A stretch of DNA of 60,924 nucleotides, counting the filler, from Sphacelaria rigidula (lineage: Eukaryota): assembly GCA_964200075.2 (NCBI GenBank). It is 10 parts of 10 records of this genome, joined end to end, with 100 filler letters (N's around TTAATTAATTAA, not from the genome) between each part and the next. Parts side by side here need not be neighbours in the genome. Positions count along the whole stretch, not along the records: positions 48,821 to 54,822 come from CAXNAA020022876.1; positions 54,923 to 60,924 come from CAXNAA020022877.1; 8 more parts are not named here. One strand, written 5' to 3'. Shown here in pieces: positions 50,632-60,924 of the stretch (position 1 is its first letter; each line of letters starts with the position of its first letter). The notes beneath the pieces are model-generated. The model had not been told where the DNA came from. It saw only the letters and a program-made list of their open reading frames with translations, and did no database searches. Both the position numbers and the translations under genes were made by a program.

Positions 50632-53006
50632 TTGAAAGATTTGAAAAAATCCTGTCAAAGTGATGGGTTCTTTTCGGAGCGGTTTACACATACTTTCTTC
50701 AAGCATCGTTGGGCATTGGTGTGTACAAAGGAGAAAATGCGAACATGTGGTGACACGACACCGCACCGGCTAGTGTTGCGCCTGGTACCTTGGTGCCTAC
50801 TCGTGGACCAGACCGTCTTGATGACCGTTCAGCTTGAGGGCTGAGTTTGAAGCGGCGGCGAGGTGGAGCGCACTCGAAAGCGCTGTACGAAACTAGGAAC
50901 AGCAAAGTTCACGGTAATCGTTCTTACCTGTCCCACCTGTTCTACCTGTCCTACTTGTTTCCTGGGGACGAAAAAAAAAGAAGTGTTGCGCCTGGTTTAG
51001 TGTCACGTTCTTTACCATCCTCTCGAAAGTACTAGACGGTGGGGTCAGCAGACTCGATCGAGCATGAATCAACAGTTGACTCCCGACTATAGACCAGGTC
51101 CGTGGCTACTTTCTGCAATAACTTCAGCTGAATCCTACCTATCTTGGCGCTCGAACTGACGATCGATACTTGCCAACGGCTGGCAAAACTGATGCAAATA
51201 TTGTACATAGCCGATGGTCATTTTCCATTCTGAAACTCGGAACGTAAACGCGCACTCATACTATTTTGCGTAAGATTTGCTGTCACTTCAAACAGGAGTG
51301 GGGCACGGTACCAGCTATTCTTCACGGCCAAGATCGTGCTTGTAAAATCAGGAAATTATGTTATTTCTTTTCTGCTCGTGGTTTTGTCTAACAACGATCA
51401 GTCTTTTCGTTCGCGGTAACGGTGTATCACGTTGAACCTTGATGCACTGGTGCATGCGTGTCTTCGCAGCATATTGCAAGTCGAGTCTTCTCATCAGGTG
51501 CTTGTGCGAGTGGAGATATCATGGAGTCTGTACCGGGTGTTTGCGTTTAGCAAGATGAGAGTGAAACGTTCACTCAAAGCAACATAATAATCACGGCGAT
51601 TTCGCCGCACGTGGCTATTGCTGGCCAATCCAAGCTCTCTGCCCCCCCCCAATGAGTACGCCCCCCCCTCCCTCAACACACCTACGGTGTACATTTTTTG
51701 CTGTATGATGCCCTCAAGGCAGGTATCACATCTTTTGCGCACTATACGTGCAGCTTACATCCTGTTAACCAGCTTTTTTTGTCTTCCCTGAAGAGCAAGC
51801 ACAACACGTCCCAGTCAGGGTTGGATGCGGGCCGTGTACTAATTTTAAGTCAAGTACACTTCGACGTCCTGCCATTTGCCAAGTTTTTCAACTTCTGCCT
51901 CGTCCTTTCATTGGTGACATGGATGTATTCCCTGTCGAACCCTCTTGCACCAGGTTGCCCCATGTTTGGTATATTCACGCGCAATATGTTTATTTTTCCA
52001 GGAGACTCCATAGCGCAGGAGATTCTGAGATTTTCTGCATTTTGAAGCCACGGTGTTCAGAACGTAGCGCCCTTGGCACAGTTCGTACCGAAGTCTAGTC
52101 AAGTGGGATTTTTCTAGCCCCTCGTTCTGGGCACGCTATCGAACTTCTTCTGAGGTGTTCAGGTGAGGTATATGTAATCCCGCCGGATATTTTCACGCGT
52201 TGGACAAAATATTATCAATAGCTGTGATAGACAGGAAATGTACCGCGTCAAGGGTATAGACCTATTGCAAGTGCGGTCGTCCCGACGATAATGGTTGCAA
52301 GAGGCCTGTACTTTTCACGCGGTACATTTTTGTATATTGCAGCTATTGACCCCATATTGTCTCAGGTATGGATATTTTGCAACTGGACGCTGATGATCTC
52401 AAGATTGTATGCGTTGCCTCAGTGAGTACTCGTAGAAAGCGGTGTGGCACAAGGGCAGCAGTCTCTCACGGCGCCACGGAGCTGGTCCCGAAGCAGAGAA
52501 ATGTCCGCCTTCCCTCTCTTTGCTACCTCATTTTGGTTCGGGGGTCGACTTTACTTCCCCCCTCACATGATGTGGTACATTTCGATCGTTTTCACAATGG
52601 GGCGTACTCGCGACGTGCTGCAGTTTTCTCTCGAGAAGAAGGGATCAAGTCAGCATACAGCCCGAAAAGCCGCGATAGCCGTCATTATCCACGATAGTAC
52701 GTGGCATATAACCTCAAGACGGCGAGAGTAGGCCATCTGTTGGATCGGCATCAGTTTCAGTAGAAGAAAGTATGTTTTCTCCAGATGGACTACCCTCGCG
52801 GCCCAAGTGTTGAAAGTGTATACAAGAAATAGATGAATGGCCGGCGCAAGACACTGCGGCGTAGCTGTGTCTGGCTCGTAGTGGAGCATGGCAGAAGGAT
52901 ATTTTATCCCTTCACGAATCAGGCATTGAAGGGAATCAATTCTCCTGTGCACGTTGCATCGCCTCGTTTTTGTCATTTCTCGCCCAACGGACGTTCTCCT
53001 CCGCAG

Positions 53007-53125
53007 GTCCATAAGGACACGGCATTCCACTCGTCCTCCATGCCAACCGTGGCCGTCGCTGAATTCGTGGAGAGGGTGGCCGGTAACGTCCTGTGCCCTA
53101 ACCTATGCTTCATGCTCGCCTTGGT
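53007..53125 (+). CDS. PHO80-family (P/U-type) cyclin, cyclin-box exon
   Basis: CCGCAG acceptor, GTGAGT donor. VHKDTAFHSSSMPTVAVAEFVERVAGNVLCPNLCFMLALV matches TxFHxxxxPxISIxxYLERIxxYxxCSxxCFxxAxVY. Confidence 0.82.
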
Positions 53126-55935
53126 GTGAGTACATACAGTGCCTGCCCGAATCTTTATCTCGAGTGGCTTTTTTTCTGCCGTCTATTCTGTTGTCCTGTA
53201 ACGTGGCCTCTGTATATTTTTCATCTCGTGAGCTGCTCTTGTCTCATGAAAGGTGAATGGTTCGGTGGATCGGATGGTTGGTGGATTATCTCCTATTGGC
53301 TGATCCGCGCACGATTCCTGCTCGTGATGGTTCACAAGATAGGCATACAGTAGTACCACAAGGTAAATGATGACGGTACTACTACTATACTGCTGCCACT
53401 CTGTCGTTCTGTTGGACTTTTTTCTTGTTGGTCTTCTTGTACGAGTGTTTCAGTTTTGGTTTTGTTGGGTACGTACGTCTATCGTGCGATCACGACTGGA
53501 TCATGACCCCTGGGTGGACAGTTAAAGTGCGACAATCAATCGATCAAACTAGAGTGATGGTGGTGGTGGTGGTGGTGGTGGTAGTATAGTAGTAGTAGTA
53601 GCATGTACGTACGTACTACATATATCCGGCTCTCTCCATATTCCTTCGCCTATTTGCCCATCGTTCCTTCGTTCTTGTGCCTTTTTCTTCACTACAATAC
53701 TCGAGTATTTTTCACGCGATCGCTTCCCTTTTCCCCCTTGCGGTACTGATCACTGCTACTGCTACTACTACTACTACTACTACTATATGTAGTCGTCGGA
53801 AGATGTCGGGACATATCTTTGTATTTCAATGTGGCATACCTTTCGCCGGCGTTGCCTGACCGCTCATGTTTCGGGATGATCGAGATTCGACCAATTTACT
53901 GCCTGGGGAATGTTATTGTTGCCTCGTAATCGAGAGTGTAGCGGGGAAAAATTAGAGGCAAGCACCATTCGGTGAACTTTCTCATGTGATCGCAGTTACC
54001 AACTGGTTTCTCTGCCTGTGCGAGTTACAGCATGGTCTACCTTGTGTGATACAGCGCAACACCCGTGAGCACATAGGTCTTTGGTTTCTGAAAACTCCAT
54101 CACCCAGGGGGCTGTTCTGACGGTGATATATGACGTACCACGGTATAATGGGGATTCCATTAACAAGTTCAATCCGATCTACTACTATCAAGCACTTGTA
54201 TTATATTGGTATAGCGTGGGGTCCCACGTAGTGCGGTTAATCCGGGTAGGTGACTCGCAGCACTATAGCGAGACCCTCCATTGTACAGTACTGTAGGTAC
54301 AGTTATGGGGCTAAGAATCGCCGAAACTTCTCCCGTGAGGATGTTGTTGGGGGTGGTATATACCGTACGGGTGCCGTACTGACTGTGGCACACACTGCAC
54401 GGGAGTCGGAGCTGTCACGTTGAGCGCGACGGGTATCCGTATCTGCGGCTTGACAGCTTCTTCGCTTTGGAAGATGGGCGTGCAATTTTGATGTGATGAA
54501 TTTTTATTCATCATCGCACTTTGACTGATCCTAGAGAATGTTGAAAATCTCAGAGATTTGAGGTACTTGCCCTCTTGGAAGCGTCTAAGGGTTCAGCCCT
54601 TTCTGGCCGTCATTGGTCGCCTGCCCGCCTGACTACTCGACTGAAAGGGTGGTTGGTTGTCCTCTGCTGCTAGGCTTCCCCGTTGTTGCGGGCGCTAAAC
54701 AAGCACGGGAGAGGGGGGTGTACTCATGATCATGCATGCCATAGTCATAAGACCATTGAGGGGAAGGGGGGGGCGGCGTACTCATTTGTTGCTTGCCTTA
54801 GTCGTTTGACCATTGACCACGCNNNNNNNNNNNNNNNNNNNNNNNNNNNNNNNNNNNNNNNNNNNNTTAATTAATTAANNNNNNNNNNNNNNNNNNNNNN
54901 NNNNNNNNNNNNNNNNNNNNNNATCGTGAATTTGGTGATTCTGAGTCGTGACGAGTTGTCCTAACCGTGGAACTTTGTACCCACGACATGGTCGCTTTCC
55001 ACTTGGAAGAGGATTGACCTGCCTGTACCATGTCCGATTCTTCACTTTGCATGTATTTCTCGCCTGCAATGATGTATGCTCACAGCAGCACGTCATCTCG
55101 GGTCACCAGTTGCTAAACGCACGTGAGGCCTCAAGGCCTCGCGGGCGCAATCGGCAGTGACGACTGTTCAAGTTTCAGGCTACTGTAAAATATCAAGTCT
55201 GTACTCGAAGAGGTTCAACCAAAGGCAAAAATGCACGCATGTATGAATGCACGGAAGAACATGCAGCCATCAGGCGGGGGACATCATGGACGAATAGCAG
55301 CCATCAAAGGCGCAAGCAGACGAAGCCCACCAGCAAAGCGTTTTGCAGCACCCGTGCACATGGTCGGGTCATGATCAGACTGGATGCGTATCGTTGAGCT
55401 CGAAGATCAGATGACAGGGAAAAACTTGAGAGGGTTTCGTTTTGATTCATCTTGCATTTGTCTCAGCCAAAACGTGATACTATTCAAGTGCCAAATCGAC
55501 TACTCGTACTTGAGCCCATACGATAGCCATTAGGAGGCTTCGGTTGCGACCAAAAGTCGCGACCAAGATAAAACGCAACAAGAACAGATCAAAACCTCAT
55601 CCGTGCATGCATCTGCAACCGAATAGCAGGCAGGGCGACAGCCTCTTGCAAGAAAGAACCAGCCCCCTGTCGCAAAACATGCACGTCTCACCCCTCCCCC
55701 CCCCCACCGAAACATTCCAAGCAACATTTCGAAACTCGCAGTGTCAACGCCTTTCAAAAGTCACTCGAAATTCCAGCCAACCCCCCCCCCCCCGACCCCC
55801 CCCCCCCCCCGGCCTTTACCCAGGAGTTACAACAGAAACGAGGTTTGACACGTAAACAATCGTCAAATAAAAACTGATGCCACAGCTAAATGGTGTGGAT
55901 TATTTTTAGCAAGCAGCGATTCCTCAATGAGGGTT

Positions 55936-56524
55936 TTAGTTGAAGGTGTACGATGCGCCCACGAGGTCGTTGATGATGTAGGGCTGGTTGGACAACTCCT
56001 CGTGCACCATCATGGCCAGGATGCCCATCTGCGCCGCACGACCGTTGTTCAACTCGATCGCGCGCTTGGAGGCCTGCGTCTCCTCGGACATAGCGGTCCA
56101 TGCGTCGGGAGTGCCGGCCAGGGTGAAGTCTCCAGGGAAGGAACCCTCGACGTTCTTCATCACAGCCAGCTCGAGGAAGCCGATGAAGGCCACGATCTGG
56201 GCCAGACCTGCCGGCGGGATCTTGGACAGGGCAGCCACACCGTTGGGCATGTCAGCGAAAGAGATTCCCGCCGAGGTGGAGAGCATGCCGGGTAAGCGGG
56301 TGTTCTGCTGGGTCAGGTGACCGGCGATGGCGAGCATGGCAATGCGGCCGTGCTTCACCTCGACGTACCGGAGGCGGTCGAAGCGCTCCTGGTCGGCGTC
56401 GGCCAGAAGGCCGAGCGGGTCCCAGAAGCCGAGGGGTGGCTGGGCGCCGATCTCGGACTCGAAGGCCATCTTCATGGCAGAGTTAGACCTGGTGGACTGG
56501 GTCAGGGCGGCACCGTTGAAGGCG
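55936..56524 (-). CDS. lhcf: Fucoxanthin-chlorophyll a/c light-harvesting protein, exon 2
   Basis: TCCCAG acceptor, phase 2. GAQPPLGFWDPLGL, RLRYVEVKHGRIAMLA and ELNNGRAAQMG are LHC/FCP signatures. TAA stop at 55938-55936. Confidence 0.97.
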
Positions 56525-58660
56525 CTGGGATAGAGTGGGACAGCGAGTGGTAGGAACGGAGGAACATCGTTAGTGTCGAGTCGGTTCCAAATGGTGGATG
56601 TCAACCAAGCCCATACTAGTGCGAGGGTGCAATAGTTTTGACCGTTACGGTAAGTTTCAATACTCCTTCGGGCAAACATATGATCATCACATCTGTCGTG
56701 TAATGACTCATCACATCAAATCTGGTGAAACATGATATTTTTTTCAGTACCGTTTTTTGTACGGAAACAGCTTGCCGAGACAAATCCTCATCACTTGTCA
56801 TCAATAACCGAGAGGATTTGGGAATTCGAAGGCTCAAATATTTCCTAAAACATCGGAGAGAATATGGCCTTCTTCAGATTTGCCCAGAAATGACTCATAG
56901 TTTCTACAGATCATCGCCGCTTCGAATCGCGAAATCGACGATTTTTCAGGGGTGATTTCTCGAAAGAGGAAGAAAATGACGGCTGGTTGATGATGTCTTC
57001 ACGCTTTATTGCATTCTTTCACGTGCCTGGCCTGCGCGTACCCGAGTAGCGACGCTGAAAACGAAGCTCAAGGATTGATTCGGGGTACGAATGACACTAA
57101 AACCAACGAATCATGTGCATGAGCCGTGAACGAGGCGCTACACGAGCTAATCAAGTGTGGAGACCTAGAAGTACCGGTTCAGTTGGTGTCCCCGAATTCT
57201 CCCGACGGTCATTCGAATTTCGGCGCGGTGTGGTAATAATTTCGCCCTCAAAAGCACAACAGAGGACAGCGACCATGTCATGGGTACCCAAAATTCGACC
57301 TACGGCCGACGAAGGAAAGGGACATCCGAACCCCCCGAAGTAAAAAAAATGACGACAGCCGGCACAAGAGAGGGCGAGTACCAAAATAGATAAAAGACGA
57401 ACTCTAGAATTGGCCTTCCTCCTGTTACCCCGACTGGTGCGCCAACATGTTATGCCGGAAGGTACACCAGATAGATGAGACAAGACTCACTGTTGATCCT
57501 CGTGTGGAGTGCAGAACCAACAACTCATTTTAAACAAGACGCACTGCGACGGGAATTTGGCCATCTATAATATTTGTACATGAATCCTGCACATCCTGTG
57601 AGCTGTTGCCGCCACCAGTGTGACCAGAGGCAGGAACATCAACGGATGCACAGCTCACACAACCCGACGGTGAAAAAAGGGCATCAGCACACGAATCGAA
57701 GAGCAGACAATCGCAAATGACGGATCAGACCACAATCTGAATACTCGGGGTACGAACCATCCTCGTTCACACACTACATAGACATCGCGGCGTCACAGCA
57801 CCAGGACGTTCCTTTTCTTTACAAAAAGCCTTGTCATTGCCAACAGTTACAGACACGCGCACGATATGCAGACGGCATGCTCGAACAGCGAAAACGTGTC
57901 GCGCGCGTGCACACACACACACTCACACACAGAAGTATCGCCTTCAAAAAGCAGACACGCAACGAAAATGATCAACGTCACACGGGATTCAGGTAGTGTC
58001 ACGAAAACAATTGACGGGTTTCATTTCTCCCAGTCACGACGTTGCTACACGCAGAGGAGGTCCATAAATTGAGCGCCGCTTACGCGAGTTACGCATCTTG
58101 GGTATTTCGGAACAAAGGTCTCGCTTTCAGAGCTCGCACCTTGTATGACAACATGAATTGTTGTCCGCCGACGTGGGAACGACAGGGAGCACTTCGGCAT
58201 ATACACGATAGTCGGGGTTCACCATACTGCCTACCGTACATGCCATGTAGGCTGTGCAGACTTTCGTGTACATGATATGATGCCTCTAGATTGCGGCCCG
58301 TGGACAGTAAACTCGTCAGTGGGCGGAGTACATCGCTGCCAAAAAAAAAATCACTTCAAGGCTCGGTCACATGATCACTGTGCGAACGGGTCGATGTAAG
58401 ATACAGCCAGTTGTCGTTCGTAAAAACGCATCGGCAACCCCACTGGCGATTGCTGCGGGGGGCGCGTTTCGACCAAGCTCGAGTGACAAAAACCACCACG
58501 CAAACTCCATGCACGCGATATAGCGTTGACTTCCTCGTGTCGGCAAAATGTCGTGGGTACAGCAGCTCTTCCATGGCGATAGTGTATGTGAAAACTCCAG
58601 GAGCAAGGAGGATGAAGTCGGCGGCATTCAAAAACGCGGTCACTCATGAGCATGTAAAAC

Positions 58661-59165
58661 CGACAAGATTCGTGTTCAAGGTCTTCAAATGTATGTCCTC
58701 GGCAGGTGTTTGTACGTGACCAACAAGGAACATGAAGAAAATGTGCTCACGAGGCCGTTAGCCGCGACGACACTAACACCTACACACTCGCTGTACTACT
58801 ATGCCCGGCCATGCAGCTGTTGTTTGAAGCGACGACCATCCACCAACCGTCACAATGATTAATGATATCAAGGGCACGTGCCACGCGGCAATGTTTGCAT
58901 CATATCCTCGACAGATTTGTGTTCAAGGTCTTCAAATATCTGTCGTTGGCGGGTGTACAGTATCTTTGTGACAAACGAGGCATGGAGGAAATCTACTCAC
59001 GATGCCGTCAGCCACGACGACACTCAGACCTACACACCCGCTTCACCATGCCTGGCCATGCAGCTGTTGTTTGTAGCGAAGACCATCTTTGTAACCAACT
59101 GTCACCATGACGAAAGATATTTAGGGCATGCGCCACGCGGCAATGTTTGCATCATGTGCTCGACA
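58661..59165. repeat. Diverged tandem duplication, ~250-bp period, inside the lhcf intron
   Basis: GTGTTCAAGGTCTTCAAAT...GGCCATGCAGCTGTTGTTTG...GCCACGCGGCAATGTTTGCATCAT occurs twice (units from ~58661 and ~58909). Confidence 0.85.
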
Positions 59166-59512
59166 CCCGTCATGGTGTTGCCGCCGACAAAGACTTTCGT
59201 TGCTGGAAAGGCGTGGAAGGTTTACCCAGCAAGGCACACGTCGCCTCCTGCGGAGCCGCAATCAACTCGATGAAGGTGGTTACGCTTCATGCTACGCGCC
59301 GCAACACCAGCTAGTTTCATGCTACGCGCCGCAGCGCCAACACAAGGGCGGCTCATACTCTTTCACGGTGAAGAATCGGTGCATGTGCAATAGGCAGCAT
59401 GTACCATCTTCTGAAGAAAACAACATCATGCCTCACGAAATGTGCTGTACCTGCCGAAATACAACCGATTTCCGACGGGAAACGCACAGCGTATGCTCAT
59501 GATATCTCTCAC

Positions 59513-59574
59513 CTGGGGGCCACGAAGGCCTGGGCGCCGGCGGCGCAAGCAACAGCCATAACAGCGGACTTCAT
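59513..59574 (-). CDS. lhcf: Fucoxanthin-chlorophyll a/c light-harvesting protein, exon 1 (signal peptide)
   Basis: ATG at 59574; MKSAVMAVACAAGAQAFVAP(S) has an ASAFAP-type cleavage motif; CCCAG|GTGAGA donor in phase 2 joins exon 2 in frame, giving a 216-aa precursor. Intron 56525-59512. Confidence 0.95.
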
Positions 59575-60924
59575 CTTTCGGAGTTGAGGTGGCGTTTAGT
59601 GCTTGAGAAGTTTTGATGGGGTGTTTTGGGTAAAGTGTCTTGCGGGGCATACAGGGTGGGACAGTCGTCTGTTTTTATGCAGCATGCTCTTTTCTTTTCT
59701 TTTCTTTTTTGGGGTCCAATGTAGAACCCATTCTACACTTGAATCCGTGTAGATCTGATATTTGGTTCAGTTCTCGAATCTTGACATCGAAGGATTTGTT
59801 GCGGCGTTTGCATTTGTAGCATTTTGTAGCTTGTGATTTGAGGCACCGACGCTTTTTGAAAGGTGCAAGGAAGTTATGAGAACGAGGTGCACACATTCCT
59901 AATCTTAAATGCTCTTGAACGTATTGTATCTTACAGTTTCCCTCTTTTTCTTCATGTACTTTCTGTCGAATATGCTTCCATCGCCAGTGTGGGACTCGAT
60001 CCAGTCTGAAGGGGCATCTATCGAGGCAGGACGAAAAGAATGGCTCGTAGCACAACTGTAGTGCAGAGAATCGATCGAGGGCATCATGGTTGGAAAAGAG
60101 CGGCTGACAATGTAAGGAAACAACATGGCGAGAGTACATAATGATATCTGCTATTGATGAAAGCCGCCGTCCCACGCAATCAAACGCTGGAACCCGAATC
60201 ACAACCGACAATCCAACCAAGGGACCCTGTAATTCTGGACAATGACATGGAGGTTGCACGGACAACCCAACGGCGCGCGCTTGAATTAGACTCCCCAAGC
60301 ATTGCGTAGGACCACGACTCTTGGACCCGTTCTAAAGTGTCGGGTACCTTCGGGATAACTGCTGGACGTGGAGTAAATCGACCTCCTTCACGCTGTACGT
60401 TAGTTTCATGTGTGGGGGTGCAAAGGTTGGTCCCACTATTTGACCCAAAAGAGTTTCTCCGGCGCAAATTCGGCGGGGCATCACAAACAGTAGTGATATA
60501 CGAGCAAGTTCCCTGCAACCTTCAGCTCTGGAGTTTGCCGTGCCCTATGAACAATGCAGTCATCCAGGCACTTTCACAATTCCACATTGTCCTGCGACGT
60601 GAGATGCGGCCTAGCGGCAGTATCCGTTCACAGCGGTTTGGTCCAAAAATCGGAATAACACCCGAATTCGTGCTGGATTGCGCCGAAAAATAAGAGGGCG
60701 TTCGTTGATCAGACACAGAAGGAGAACAACAACGTTTCAACGTTTCGTCTTCTAACTTGTCGCCGTATGAAATTTGCGGCCAAAGACTGACTGCGCGATA
60801 TATCTACAAAATACTTGTAGTTTCGGTAGTAGTGTTAAAAATTTCCACGCCGAATAAAGGCAAGCACCGCAGAAGGAAGGTGGGGTACTAACAACAAATA
60901 AAAAAGAAAAAGCTCTGTGTTGAC

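Noticed and set aside
6048..54878. TTAATTAATTAA recurring with ~6.1-kb periodicity as a biological repeat or array
   Set aside because: Always centred in exactly 88 Ns; it is an artificial six-frame-stop linker between contigs.
56525..56679. N-terminal extension MFARRS... of the LHC ORF
   Set aside because: It is intron read-through; the real exon 1 with the signal peptide is at 59513-59574.
59675..60740. 207-aa minus-strand ORF and neighbours upstream of lhcf
   Set aside because: Non-ATG start and no recognisable domain; possibly decayed mobile DNA but not supportable.

Overview
This is eukaryotic nuclear DNA, almost certainly from a brown alga (Phaeophyceae), judged from an Lhcf fucoxanthin-chlorophyll protein gene with a bipartite presequence and from short exons separated by long, repeat-rich introns. 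It is not one locus. It is ten unrelated contigs of 6002-6003 bp, sorted by length and joined by artificial 100-bp spacers (44 N + TTAATTAATTAA + 44 N), so neighbourhood across spacers means nothing. Genes read exon by exon: a divergent CDC48/p97 AAA-ATPase (2 exons, possibly the periplastid SELMA paralogue); the first exon of a type II membrane protein; GatA (3 exons); a coiled-coil protein built partly by tandem duplication of exon+intron units; a CYP74-clan-like cytochrome P450 (3 exons including the heme Cys); a PHO80/P-type cyclin (2 exons, GC-AG intron); and one complete Lhcf gene. The rest is mostly mobile DNA: nested Ty1/copia remnants, Ty3/gypsy remnants, hAT elements with 8-bp TSDs, piggyBac-type and Sola-like MITEs, LINE 3' tails, tRNA-derived SINEs, a 27-bp minisatellite, and a ~650-bp-arm inverted duplication of what looks like a decayed PIF/Harbinger transposase. 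I find no support for a novel multi-gene system. The best leads are the CYP74-like enzyme, the divergent CDC48, the exon-duplicated coiled-coil gene and the transposase hairpin. All family assignments come from motif recognition by eye, without database searches.
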